Shown piece after piece: positions 1-8,755 of a DNA stretch of 64,000 nt (its first letter is position 1; each line of letters begins with the position of its first letter). The notes under the pieces were generated by a model, which saw only the letters and a list, made by a program, of their open reading frames with translations, was not told where the DNA came from and did not search any database. Position numbers and translations under genes: made by a program. The stretch is from Clostridia bacterium. Lineage in GTDB: Bacteria; Bacillota; Clostridia; Christensenellales; CAAEEZ01. The stretch is from the NCBI GenBank assembly GCA_900755035.1, contig CAAEEZ010000016.1, positions 172,873 through 236,872 on the forward strand. Direction: 5' to 3'.

Positions 1-139
1 TATTATAGCACAAAAAATTAAAAAACAATTCAAAAGATATCTAGTAAAGGAAAATATCGTTTTATTTTATTGCTAATTCGTGTTATAATGTTCTAAACGC
101 AAACGAAAAGCACTTAATTTATTTATTATAAGGATTATT

Positions 140-790
140 ATGAAAAAACTTTGTATATTTGATTTGGACGGCACGCTAACTAATACGTTGGACAATTTAG
201 CGTACGTAACGAACGAGGCACTTGGAAAATTTGACATCAAGCCAAGCCCAACGGAAATGTTTAAGTATTTTGCAGGCGACGGCGTAAAACAACTGATAAA
301 AAGGGCAATGGAATATCAAAACGCCGATATGACAAACTACGATGCTTGCCTAAATACCTATCTAGAAATGTTTGAAACCAAATGTTCGTATCTTGTAAAA
401 CCTTACGACGATATAGTAAACTTGCTTGGCGAATTAAAAAAGATGGGCGTTAAACTATCCGTTTACTCAAACAAACCGCACGAAATGGCAGTTAGCGTTG
501 TTGAAGAAATATTTGGTAAAGGCACTTTCGACGTAATTATCGGGCAAAGAGAAGGCCACGAAGTAAAGCCGTCTGCCGAGGGTGTGTTTGAAACTATGGA
601 AACGCTAGGGGTAAATGCTAAGGACGTACTTTACATAGGCGACACGAATACCGACGTAAAAACGGGCAAAAACGCAGGAGTTTTTACGATAGGCGTAACT
701 TGGGGTTTTAGAACGAAAGACGAACTTGAAAAGGAAGGAGCGGACGTAATTATAGATAATCCGCTACAAGTACTGAATTATTTAGATTAA
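140..790 (+). CDS. HAD-superfamily hydrolase (phosphoglycolate phosphatase / PpaX-like)
   Basis: 216 aa; nucleophile motif FDLDGTL, later YSNK and GDTNTD motifs typical of HAD subfamily IA phosphatases. Confidence 0.8.
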   Translation: MKKLCIFDLDGTLTNTLDNLAYVTNEALGKFDIKPSPTEMFKYFAGDGVKQLIKRAMEYQNADMTNYDACLNTYLEMFETKCSYLVKPYDDIVNLLGELKKMGVKLSVYSNKPHEMAVSVVEEIFGKGTFDVIIGQREGHEVKPSAEGVFETMETLGVNAKDVLYIGDTNTDVKTGKNAGVFTIGVTWGFRTKDELEKEGADVIIDNPLQVLNYLD

Positions 791-802
791 CAGGAGGCAG
801 TT

Positions 803-1225
803 ATGTTATTAGAAGATTTGAAAAAAGAAAAAGTAGTTTACATGAAGGAAAAGAACAAAGAGGCTGTAAACGCAATGAATGCACTTATCAACAAGGCAAT
901 GCTACTTACGATTGAAAAAAGAAAGGACGGTGGGGAACTTGCCGACGCCGACGTAGACGTACTATTACAAAAAACCGAAAAAGAACTTATCGAAGAGCAG
1001 GTTGCTTACAAAAATGCGGGCAGAGAGGACACCGTACAAAGTTTAGAGGTGCAACTAGAAACGATAAGAAAGTATTTGCCAAAACTACTTAGCGACGAAG
1101 AAATTAAGGAAGTAATTTTGTCGCTTAGCGATAGGTCTATGCCTACCGTTATGAAGCACTTTAAGGCTAACTATAACGGCAAGGTAGATATGAAAAGAGT
1201 AGGAATAGTGCTAAAACAAATATAG
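803..1225 (+). CDS. GatB/YqeY domain protein
   Basis: 140 aa; overall YqeY-like pattern (…RKYLPKLLSDEEIKEVI…, C-terminal …GKVDMKRVGIVLKQI). Confidence 0.7.
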   Translation: MLLEDLKKEKVVYMKEKNKEAVNAMNALINKAMLLTIEKRKDGGELADADVDVLLQKTEKELIEEQVAYKNAGREDTVQSLEVQLETIRKYLPKLLSDEEIKEVILSLSDRSMPTVMKHFKANYNGKVDMKRVGIVLKQI

Positions 1226-1249
1226 GATTATAGCAAGAAGGAGAGTAAA

Positions 1250-1621
1250 ATGGAAGTAGTGTATTCTAACCATGCACCCGAAGCAATAGGTCCGTATTCG
1301 CAAGCAATAAAAGTGGACGGCTACTTGTTTACGTCGGGACAAATTCCTATTAACCCCGTAACGGGCGACGTAATTATAGGCGATATTATAATGCAAACCG
1401 AGCAAGTATGCAGGAACTTAAAAGAGGTGCTATCGGCAGCAGGCATAGGCTTTGCTAACGTAATTAAAACCACTTGCTTTTTAAGTGATATGGCGGACTT
1501 TGCTAGGTTTAACGAAGTGTACGCAAAGTATTTCGTATCTAAGCCTGCAAGAAGTTGCGTAGCAGTAAAAAGTTTGCCGAAGGGCGTATTAGTAGAGGTA
1601 GAATTGATTGCTAAATTATAA
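1250..1621 (+). CDS. ridA: RidA/YjgF-family reactive intermediate deaminase
   Basis: 123 aa; APEAIGPYSQAI…GQIPINP…KTTCFL…PARSCVAV…LPKGVLVEVE is the classic YjgF/RidA signature. Confidence 0.85.
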   Translation: MEVVYSNHAPEAIGPYSQAIKVDGYLFTSGQIPINPVTGDVIIGDIIMQTEQVCRNLKEVLSAAGIGFANVIKTTCFLSDMADFARFNEVYAKYFVSKPARSCVAVKSLPKGVLVEVELIAKL

Positions 1622-1694
1622 CGCAAAACGGGGTTTATCCTCGTTTTTGTCGTTGTAAAAGCGTTATTTTGCAATTTTGGATAAAAGAGAGAGT

Positions 1695-2147
1695 ATGATA
1701 AAAGTTGCGTTTGTGTGCCACGGCAATATATGTAGGTCGCCGATGGCAGAAATGATTATGGCAAAAAAGATAAAGGACGAAGGGCTTACGGGCAAGGTCG
1801 CAGTTAGTTCGTTTGCTACCTCGACAGAGGAAATAGGCAGTGGAATCCATTACGGCACTAGGGCAGTATTGGGTAGGCACGCAGTACCTATCGTGCCACA
1901 CGTGGCAACCAGAATAACGAAAAACGATTACGACCAAATGGATTACGTCGTTTGTATGGACGAGAATAATTTACGTAATTTGCGTTATTTACTTGGTACA
2001 GCAGACAAAGCCACCTTGCTACTTTCCTACGTTGGCGAAAACGAAGAGGTGGACGACCCGTGGTATACGGGCGATTTTGAAAAAGCCTATTTTGATATAT
2101 CACGAGGGGTGGACGGGCTAATCAAAAGGATTAAGGAGCAATTATGA
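1695..2147 (+). CDS. Low-molecular-weight protein-tyrosine phosphatase
   Basis: P-loop VCHGNICRSP (C-X5-R-S) 5 aa from the ATG at 1695, DPWY near the C-terminus; the track start at 1677 (TTG) is less likely than the ATG at 1695. Confidence 0.85.
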   Translation: MIKVAFVCHGNICRSPMAEMIMAKKIKDEGLTGKVAVSSFATSTEEIGSGIHYGTRAVLGRHAVPIVPHVATRITKNDYDQMDYVVCMDENNLRNLRYLLGTADKATLLLSYVGENEEVDDPWYTGDFEKAYFDISRGVDGLIKRIKEQL

Positions 2148-2812
2148 TAAAAACGGTAATATTCGATATGGACGGAGTTTTGCTTGATACCGAAAGAATG
2201 ATGACGGAGTGTTCGCTGACTATTTGTAAAAAATTAGGGGTAGAAAACGCCGAGCAATTAGCATTAGAAAACGCTGGCGTTGCAGGCAGTGAAATACGAA
2301 AGAAAATGGGCGAAATTCTAGGTGGTGGATACAATGAAGGCAAAAGGTTTTACCAAAAATTCGGTGCGTTGTACGTAAAAAGGCTACTACTAGAAGGGAT
2401 ACCCGTAAAAGAAAATATCGAAGAAACGCTTAAATACTTAAAGGAACACGGCTATACTCTTGCCGTAGCATCTACGACCAAAACGCCACTTGTAAAACTG
2501 ATGTTATCTATTTGCGGGCTGAAAAAATATTTTGATAGTATAATGGGTGGTGATAAGGTAGAAAATAGGAAACCTGCCCCCGATATATACCTTAAAAGTA
2601 TTGAAAAAATAGGTAAAACGAGTGAGGAATGCTACGCCGTTGAAGATTCGCTAGTAGGGGCAAAAGCCTCGATAGACGCAGGAATAAAAACCATTATTAT
2701 TCCCGATTTACAAGAGCCGGACGAATATAATAAGAAAAACGCATATAAGATTTTCGATAGCGCAAAAGACCTATTAGAATTTTTCAAAAAGGAAAACGAA
2801 GAGCCTAATTAA
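2144..2812 (+). CDS. HAD-family hydrolase (beta-phosphoglucomutase-like subfamily)
   Basis: 222 aa; FDMDGVL nucleophile motif, ASTT, K-PAPD, EDS-G motifs; 4-nt overlap with upstream gene. Confidence 0.75.
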   Translation: MIKTVIFDMDGVLLDTERMMTECSLTICKKLGVENAEQLALENAGVAGSEIRKKMGEILGGGYNEGKRFYQKFGALYVKRLLLEGIPVKENIEETLKYLKEHGYTLAVASTTKTPLVKLMLSICGLKKYFDSIMGGDKVENRKPAPDIYLKSIEKIGKTSEECYAVEDSLVGAKASIDAGIKTIIIPDLQEPDEYNKKNAYKIFDSAKDLLEFFKKENEEPN

Positions 2813-2825
2813 AGGCTCTTTTTTA
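2800..2825 (+). terminator. Rho-independent terminator
   Basis: agagcct/aggctct stem followed by a T-run, overlapping the stop codon. Confidence 0.6.
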
Positions 2826-2995
2826 GTCGTTTTGTTATATTAAATATATTATTTTCCTTAAATATTACAATAAATAAAAAATTATCTTGATAAATCCAAA
2901 CGACGAAAAAGTTTTTCGTTATGTAATAAAAAAATTGTAAAAAGAGCATATTAAAAGATTTTTTTGTAAAAACTTTTATAAATATTGCTAATCGA

Positions 2996-3013
2996 TTGTT
3001 AATTAGTTGACAA
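2996..3013. promoter_or_regulatory. Rex-type operator (box 1), overlaps -35
   Basis: TTGTTAATTAGTTGACAA versus the clostridial Rex consensus TTGTTAANNNNTTAACAA (one arm mismatch). Confidence 0.55.
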
Positions 3014-3036
3014 TTAGCGTCAAAATGGTGTATAGT
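3007..3036 (+). promoter_or_regulatory. sigma-A type promoter of adhE
   Basis: TTGACA (3007-3012), 18-nt spacer, TATAGT (3031-3036), about 55 nt upstream of the adhE ATG. Confidence 0.6.
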
Positions 3037-3040
3037 GATA

Positions 3041-3058
3041 TTGTTAATTTTTTAACAG
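3041..3058. promoter_or_regulatory. Rex-type operator (box 2), just downstream of -10
   Basis: TTGTTAATTTTTTAACAG matches TTGTTAANNNNTTAACAA at 17 of 18 positions. Confidence 0.6.
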
Positions 3059-3092
3059 CAAAAAATAGACAATAATTTTTTAGGAGATATAT

Positions 3093-5690
3093 ATGAAAGA
3101 TTTTGTAGTGAACAACGAGGAAAGTTTGCAAGAAATGCTTAAAAGAGTTAGAGCGGCTCAAAAGAAGTTTGCTACCTACACGCAAGAACAGGTAGACAAA
3201 ATTTTCTACGAGGCTGCTATGGCTGCAAACAAGGCAAGAATACCGCTTGCTAAAATGGCTGTTGCTGAAACGGGCATGGGCGTAGTAGAAGATAAAGTTA
3301 TCAAAAATAACTACGCTGCAGAGTATATTTATAACGCATACAAAAACACCAAAACGTGCGGAGTGCTAGAAGAGGACGACGGATTTGGATATATGAAAAT
3401 AGCAGAGCCTATCGGCGTAATCGCTGCTGTTATCCCTACCACGAACCCAACTTCTACGGCAATATTTAAGGCTCTACTTGCCCTAAAAACCCGTAACGGT
3501 TTAATTTTCTCGCCACACCCAAGAGCAAAAAACTGCACGATAGCAGCAGGTAAACTTGTACTAGAAGCAGCAGTAAAAGCAGGTGCTCCTGAGGATATTA
3601 TCGGCTGGATAGACGAGCCAAGCGTTCCACTAAGCAACTTTATTATGAAAGAAGCAGACATAATACTTGCTACCGGTGGTCCTGGTATGGTTAAGGCTGC
3701 GTATAGTTCTGGAAAACCGGCAGTTGGTGTTGGCGCAGGTAATACCCCTGCAATAATCGACGCATCTGCAAATATCGAGCTTGCAGTAAACTCTATTTTG
3801 CTATCTAAGACGTTTGATAACGGTATGATTTGCGCATCAGAGCAATCTTGTATCGTAGACAAAAAGATATACGACAAAGTTAAAAAGGAATTTATCAAGA
3901 GAGGCGCATACTTCTTAAAGGACGACGAAATCGACAAAGTAAGAAAAACCATTTTGATAAACGGTGCGCTAAACGCAAAAATCGTTGGTCAATCTGCATA
4001 TAATATTGCAAAACTAGCAGGCGTTGAAGTTCCTGAAAGCGCAAAGGTTTTAATCGGCGAAGTTGAAAGCGTGGAAATCGAGGAAGAATTTGCACACGAG
4101 AAATTAAGCCCTGTTCTTGCAATGTACAAGAGCGAGAATTTTGACGATGCAGTTGCTAAGGCTGAAAAACTAATTGCAGACGGCGGATACGGACACACTT
4201 CTAGCGTATACCTAGACGAACATACCGAAGAAGAAAAATTACAAAAATTCTACGCTAGTATGAAAACTTGTAGAGTGCTTGTAAATACTCCTTCTTCTCA
4301 AGGTGGTATCGGCGATTTGTACAACTTCAAACTTGCTCCTAGCCTTACCCTTGGTTGTGGTTCTTGGGGCGGAAACAGCGTAAGCGAAAACGTTGGCGTA
4401 AAACATTTAATCAATATTAAGACTGTTGCTAAAAGGAGAGAAAATATGTTGTGGTTTAGAGCGCCTGAAAAAGTATACTTCAAGAGAGGTTCTTTGAAAG
4501 TTGCTTTGGACGAACTAAAAGCAGTTATGGGCAAAAAGAGAGCGTTTATCGTAACCGATAAATTCTTGTACGAAAACGGATATACCAAAAATATTACCGA
4601 CAAATTAGAGGAAATGGATATTGCTTACGAAGTATTTAGTAGCGTTACTCCTGACCCTACCTTAACTTGTGCAAAAGAAGGCGCAAAAATAATGACCGCA
4701 TTCAAGCCTGACGTAATCATCTCCGTTGGTGGTGGTTCTCCTATGGACGCAGGTAAAATTATGTGGGTAATGTACGAGCATCCTGAAATCGAGTTCGAAG
4801 ATTTGGCAATGAGATTTATGGATATTCGTAAGAGAGTATACACCTTCCCTAAGATGGGCGAAAAGGCATACTTTATTGCAATTCCTACGACCGCTGGTAC
4901 GGGTAGTGAAGTTACTCCGTTTGCCGTTATTACCGACGACAGCACGGGTACTAAATATCCACTTGCAGACTATCAACTAATGCCTAATATGGCTATTATC
5001 GATGCCGACCTTATGAGAAATATCCCAAGAGGACTAACTAGCGCATCTGGTATCGACGCATTGACCCACGCATTAGAGGCTATTGCAAGTATGATGGCTA
5101 CCGACTACACCGACGGCTTAGCATTAAAAGCAATCAAACTAATATTCGAATACTTGCCAAGAGCATACGAACTAGGCAAGGACGATATGGAAGCAAGAGA
5201 GAGAATGGCTAACGCTAGTACCTTAGCAGGTATGGCATTTGCAAACGCATTCTTAGGCGTATGTCACTCTATGGCTCACAAACTAGGCGCATACTTCCAT
5301 ATTCCTCACGGTGTTGCTAACGCTCTTATGATAGACGAAGTTATTCGTTTCAACGCTAGCGAAGCACCTGCTAAAATGGGTACTTTCCCTCAATACGCTT
5401 TCCCTAACTGCAAACGTCGTTATGCCGAGATTGCAGAGAACTTAGGATTAGGCGGAAAAACCGACGATGAAAAAATTGAGAAATTAATTGCTAAAATCGA
5501 CGAATTAAAGAGTATAATAAAATTACCAAGAACGATTCAAGAGTACGGCGTAGACGAAAAAGAGTTCTTGGAAAGACTTGACCAAATGACCGAAGACGCA
5601 TTCGACGACCAATGTACCGGCGCAAACCCTCGTTATCCACTAATGAAGGAAATTAAGCAAATGTACTTGAATGCTTACTACGGCAAATAA
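3093..5690 (+). CDS. adhE: Bifunctional acetaldehyde-CoA / alcohol dehydrogenase
   Basis: 865 aa; N-terminal ALDH domain (…FDNGMICASEQS…), C-terminal iron-ADH domain (…GGGSPMDAGK…, …HSMAHKLG…HGVANA…). Confidence 0.95.
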   Translation: MKDFVVNNEESLQEMLKRVRAAQKKFATYTQEQVDKIFYEAAMAANKARIPLAKMAVAETGMGVVEDKVIKNNYAAEYIYNAYKNTKTCGVLEEDDGFGYMKIAEPIGVIAAVIPTTNPTSTAIFKALLALKTRNGLIFSPHPRAKNCTIAAGKLVLEAAVKAGAPEDIIGWIDEPSVPLSNFIMKEADIILATGGPGMVKAAYSSGKPAVGVGAGNTPAIIDASANIELAVNSILLSKTFDNGMICASEQSCIVDKKIYDKVKKEFIKRGAYFLKDDEIDKVRKTILINGALNAKIVGQSAYNIAKLAGVEVPESAKVLIGEVESVEIEEEFAHEKLSPVLAMYKSENFDDAVAKAEKLIADGGYGHTSSVYLDEHTEEEKLQKFYASMKTCRVLVNTPSSQGGIGDLYNFKLAPSLTLGCGSWGGNSVSENVGVKHLINIKTVAKRRENMLWFRAPEKVYFKRGSLKVALDELKAVMGKKRAFIVTDKFLYENGYTKNITDKLEEMDIAYEVFSSVTPDPTLTCAKEGAKIMTAFKPDVIISVGGGSPMDAGKIMWVMYEHPEIEFEDLAMRFMDIRKRVYTFPKMGEKAYFIAIPTTAGTGSEVTPFAVITDDSTGTKYPLADYQLMPNMAIIDADLMRNIPRGLTSASGIDALTHALEAIASMMATDYTDGLALKAIKLIFEYLPRAYELGKDDMEARERMANASTLAGMAFANAFLGVCHSMAHKLGAYFHIPHGVANALMIDEVIRFNASEAPAKMGTFPQYAFPNCKRRYAEIAENLGLGGKTDDEKIEKLIAKIDELKSIIKLPRTIQEYGVDEKEFLERLDQMTEDAFDDQCTGANPRYPLMKEIKQMYLNAYYGK

Positions 5691-5699
5691 GGAGGAAAA

Positions 5700-6449
5700 A
5701 TGGAACTAAAAAACGTTATTGCTAAAAGAAGCAATAAAACTATCTACAAATCGGGAGAGAACTGCGTAAAGGTATTCTCCGAGGAATTCAAACATTCCGA
5801 CGTTCTTAACGAGGCGCTTAACCACGCAAGAGCCGTAGAAACGGGACTTCTTGTACCTCAAATCAAGGACGTAGGCGTAATAGAAGGCGAAAAGTGGGGT
5901 ATCGTAACCGAGTACGTAGAGGGCAAAACCTTATCTGCACTATTTAAGGAAAACCCTGACAAAATAGACGAGTATTTGGAAAAATTCGTGGATTTGCAAT
6001 TAGAAATCCACTCCAAAAAATCTCCGCTATTAAACAAACTTAAAGATAAGATGACTAGAAAAATCGACGAGACCACCTTCGACGCTACCACGAGATACGA
6101 ATTGAAAATGCGTCTTGACAGTATGCCAAAGCACGATAAAGTATGCCACGGAGATTTTACTCCTAGCAATATTATCGTTAGCGACAACGGTTGGTACGTA
6201 ATCGACTGGTCGCACGCAACGCAAGGAAACGCAAGTGCCGACGTTGCTAGAACCTACCTAATATTCAACCTTAACTACACCGAGGAAATTGCTAATAAAT
6301 ATCTAGATATTTTCTGCAAAAAGAGCGATACTGCAAAACAATACGTACAAAAATGGTTACCTATCGTAGCAGCAAGCCAATCGGTAAAGGGCAACAAGGA
6401 AGAAAGAGAATTCTTAGCAAAATGGGTAGACGTAGTAGAATACGAATAA
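5700..6449 (+). CDS. Phosphotransferase-family kinase (APH / choline-kinase fold)
   Basis: 249 aa; catalytic loop CHGDFTPSNIIV and IDWSHA motif; 9 nt downstream of adhE with a strong SD (aaggagg). Confidence 0.6.
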   Translation: MELKNVIAKRSNKTIYKSGENCVKVFSEEFKHSDVLNEALNHARAVETGLLVPQIKDVGVIEGEKWGIVTEYVEGKTLSALFKENPDKIDEYLEKFVDLQLEIHSKKSPLLNKLKDKMTRKIDETTFDATTRYELKMRLDSMPKHDKVCHGDFTPSNIIVSDNGWYVIDWSHATQGNASADVARTYLIFNLNYTEEIANKYLDIFCKKSDTAKQYVQKWLPIVAASQSVKGNKEEREFLAKWVDVVEYE

Positions 6450-6465
6450 AAACCAAAAATAAAAA

Positions 6466-6490
6466 AGTCCGCAATAGCGGGCTTTTTGTT
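6466..6490 (+). terminator. Rho-independent terminator
   Basis: agtccgc/gcgggct stem then T-run. Confidence 0.6.
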
Positions 6491-6538
6491 TTGCTAAAAT
6501 TTACTAAATAACGAAATATAACGAAACTGCTTATACGC

Positions 6539-6590
6539 ACGGTTAAAGAGAGTTTTTAGTTTAATATAAATCATAACGTAGAAAAAGTGT
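6539..6590. repeat. Intergenic repeat element, copy A
   Basis: Shares the exact 19-mer cggttaaagagagttttta plus downstream blocks (aatata, cataacgtag, gaagtgt) with 56049-56110. Confidence 0.6.
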
Positions 6591-6602
6591 TATAATTAAA
6601 AT

Positions 6603-7160
6603 ATGTTACGTGAACTTGAAAAGGAAATTAAAAATTGTACCAAGTGTAAACTGTGCAAAACTAGGACTAACGTCGTGGTTGGCGACGGTAATATGGGCGC
6701 AAAAATTATGCTGATAGGCGAAGGCCCTGGCGAAAACGAGGACTTGACGGGAGTGGCTTTCGTGGGTAAAGCAGGGCAACTATTAGACAAAATGTTGCTT
6801 AGCATAGGGCTAGATAGGAAAAGCGTGTATATTTGTAATATCGTAAAGTGTAGGCCACCTCAAAACCGCAACCCCGAAAAAGACGAAGTAACGGCGTGTA
6901 TGGACTACCTAAGAAAGCAATACCTAATTATGAAACCAAAAGCCGTGCTACTACTAGGCAGTATTGCTTGTAAAAACATACTAGGCGAAAACTTTTCGAT
7001 AATGCGTAGCCACGGTGTAGAGCAAATTAAAAAGGGAGTAATATTTATGCCCACTTTTCACCCGTCGGCACTACTTAGAAATCCCGACCTTAAAAAACTT
7101 GCTTGGCATGACCTTAAAAGGTTTAGAGAATTGCTTATTAAGGAGAATATAATTGAGTGA
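6603..7160 (+). CDS. Uracil-DNA glycosylase, family 4
   Basis: 185 aa; Cys cluster CTKCKLC, GEGPGENED active-site motif, HPSALLRNP C-terminal motif. Confidence 0.85.
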   Translation: MLRELEKEIKNCTKCKLCKTRTNVVVGDGNMGAKIMLIGEGPGENEDLTGVAFVGKAGQLLDKMLLSIGLDRKSVYICNIVKCRPPQNRNPEKDEVTACMDYLRKQYLIMKPKAVLLLGSIACKNILGENFSIMRSHGVEQIKKGVIFMPTFHPSALLRNPDLKKLAWHDLKRFRELLIKENIIE

Positions 7161-7653
7161 GTTAAGACACGTAGTGCATACGTTTTTGCCCGTAATTAGC
7201 GAAAACACCACCGTTTTACTACTTGGTAGCGTACCTAGCGTAAAATCTATGGAGCAAGGCTTTTATTATATGCATAAGCAAAATAGGTTTTGGAAAGTAA
7301 TGTCTTTACTACTTGGCGAGGACTTGTACAATAGCCCTATCGCAAATAGAATAGAAGTATTAAAAAGAGTAGGAATAGGCTTGTACGATGCGGTGGAAGA
7401 ATGTGATATACAGGGTAGTAGCGACAATAAAATATACAACGTTGTTCCAACAGACCTTGAAAAACTTATTAAGGGCACGAAGGTAAAGGCAATATTTTGC
7501 CTTGGAGATAAAAGTTACCTAATTGCAACTAGAAACAACGCAACGCTAAAAGGCATATTAAAAAAATTGCCGTCAACTAGCCCGGCCAACGCCAAAATGA
7601 GTTTGGAAAACCTCGTAAAAGAATTTCAAGTCGTTCTAGATTACTTAGAATAA
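7153..7653 (+). CDS. UDG-superfamily glycosylase (DNA-deoxyinosine / hypoxanthine glycosylase-like)
   Basis: 166 aa; LLLGSVPSVKS…YYMHKQNRFW… and C-terminal LPSTSPAN motif; 8-nt overlap with the family-4 UDG. Confidence 0.6.
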   Translation: MSELRHVVHTFLPVISENTTVLLLGSVPSVKSMEQGFYYMHKQNRFWKVMSLLLGEDLYNSPIANRIEVLKRVGIGLYDAVEECDIQGSSDNKIYNVVPTDLEKLIKGTKVKAIFCLGDKSYLIATRNNATLKGILKKLPSTSPANAKMSLENLVKEFQVVLDYLE

Positions 7654-7850
7654 AAAACGAATATCTAACAAGTATTTATAAAAAGCCGACGAAAGTCGGT
7701 TTTTTTATTTCTTAATTAACTAAAAAGATTAACGATTTTATAATATAAAAGTGGGCGTTAAAAATATTTTGCCTAAAATAATCGTGCTAATTAAATATAA
7801 AACGCACTAAACGTACAGTAAACACTAGTGGTTTAGAATTTAACGGCGTA

Positions 7851-8474
7851 TTACAATACGTAGAAAAATACGGCAAAGAAATGAAGAAGCGCACCCGATA
7901 AACAGCAAAAATGCCATATTGAGTGCATATATTCCTTATGTATTGCGTAGAAAATTAAACCTATCATATAGCAAGCGCCACCAGCGGCAAGAAGATATAC
8001 GCCATCTCCTATTGCTTGGTATAGTAGGTGTATTACGAAAATGCACATCCAACCTGTAATAATATAGCAAGTCATAGTAAGCGCGCGGAATTTTTTTACG
8101 TTGATTGCGTTGAAAATAATGGAAATAATCGATAACCCTATAACTACGCCCGTTAGAATATAGCCAAGTTCGTTTTGTAGTCCGCCCACTAAAAAGGCAA
8201 CGTTACACCCCACTATTGAAATATTTACGGATAAGTGGTCGAATTTTTGCGTTATTCGTCTTACCTTATCGTTTTTTGTGGAGTGGTAAATTGTAGATGC
8301 AAAATACATCTCTATAAGCGACAACCCGTAGATAACTGCGCTTGCAATCTTGTTAGGATTTCCGGTGTAGGACGCTTTTATAGTTAGCAAAATAAAGCCG
8401 ACTACGGCAAATATCGCTCCGACAAAATGTGATATTATATTTATTCTTTCTTCGTTTTTCGTATATATTGGCAT
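7851..8474 (-). CDS. Hemolysin III / PAQR family membrane protein
   Basis: 207 aa, seven hydrophobic segments, EERINIISH… N-terminus and STIYH / HxxxH-type motifs. Confidence 0.8.
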   Translation of the reverse strand: MPIYTKNEERINIISHFVGAIFAVVGFILLTIKASYTGNPNKIASAVIYGLSLIEMYFASTIYHSTKNDKVRRITQKFDHLSVNISIVGCNVAFLVGGLQNELGYILTGVVIGLSIISIIFNAINVKKFRALTMTCYIITGWMCIFVIHLLYQAIGDGVYLLAAGGACYMIGLIFYAIHKEYMHSIWHFCCLSGALLHFFAVFFYVL

Positions 8475-8755
8475 ATTTTTCCCCTAGGTATTTATTATAA
8501 CAAATTACCGCAAATAACCATATCAAAATACGGGCTAAAAGGCAAAAAAGATTGAAAATAGATAAAAAATATGCAAGAATTTGCAAAATGATATAAAAAA
8601 ACGAGATAAAATGGAAAAGGATAGAAAAAATTAAAAATTTTAATAGGCTTTTTTGAAAATATACGCAATATGTAATATATTAAACGCAGTCGCTATTGAC
8701 AATGACTAAAAGCAGGTTTATAATAAAGTCGGTCAAGTGGCTGATAGGAGAGGAT

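Noticed and set aside
3329-4976. Several 70-207-aa minus-strand ORFs inside adhE
   Set aside because: These are shadow ORFs antisense to a gene with unmistakable AdhE homology. Their products are low-complexity S/A/I-rich and lack SD sequences.
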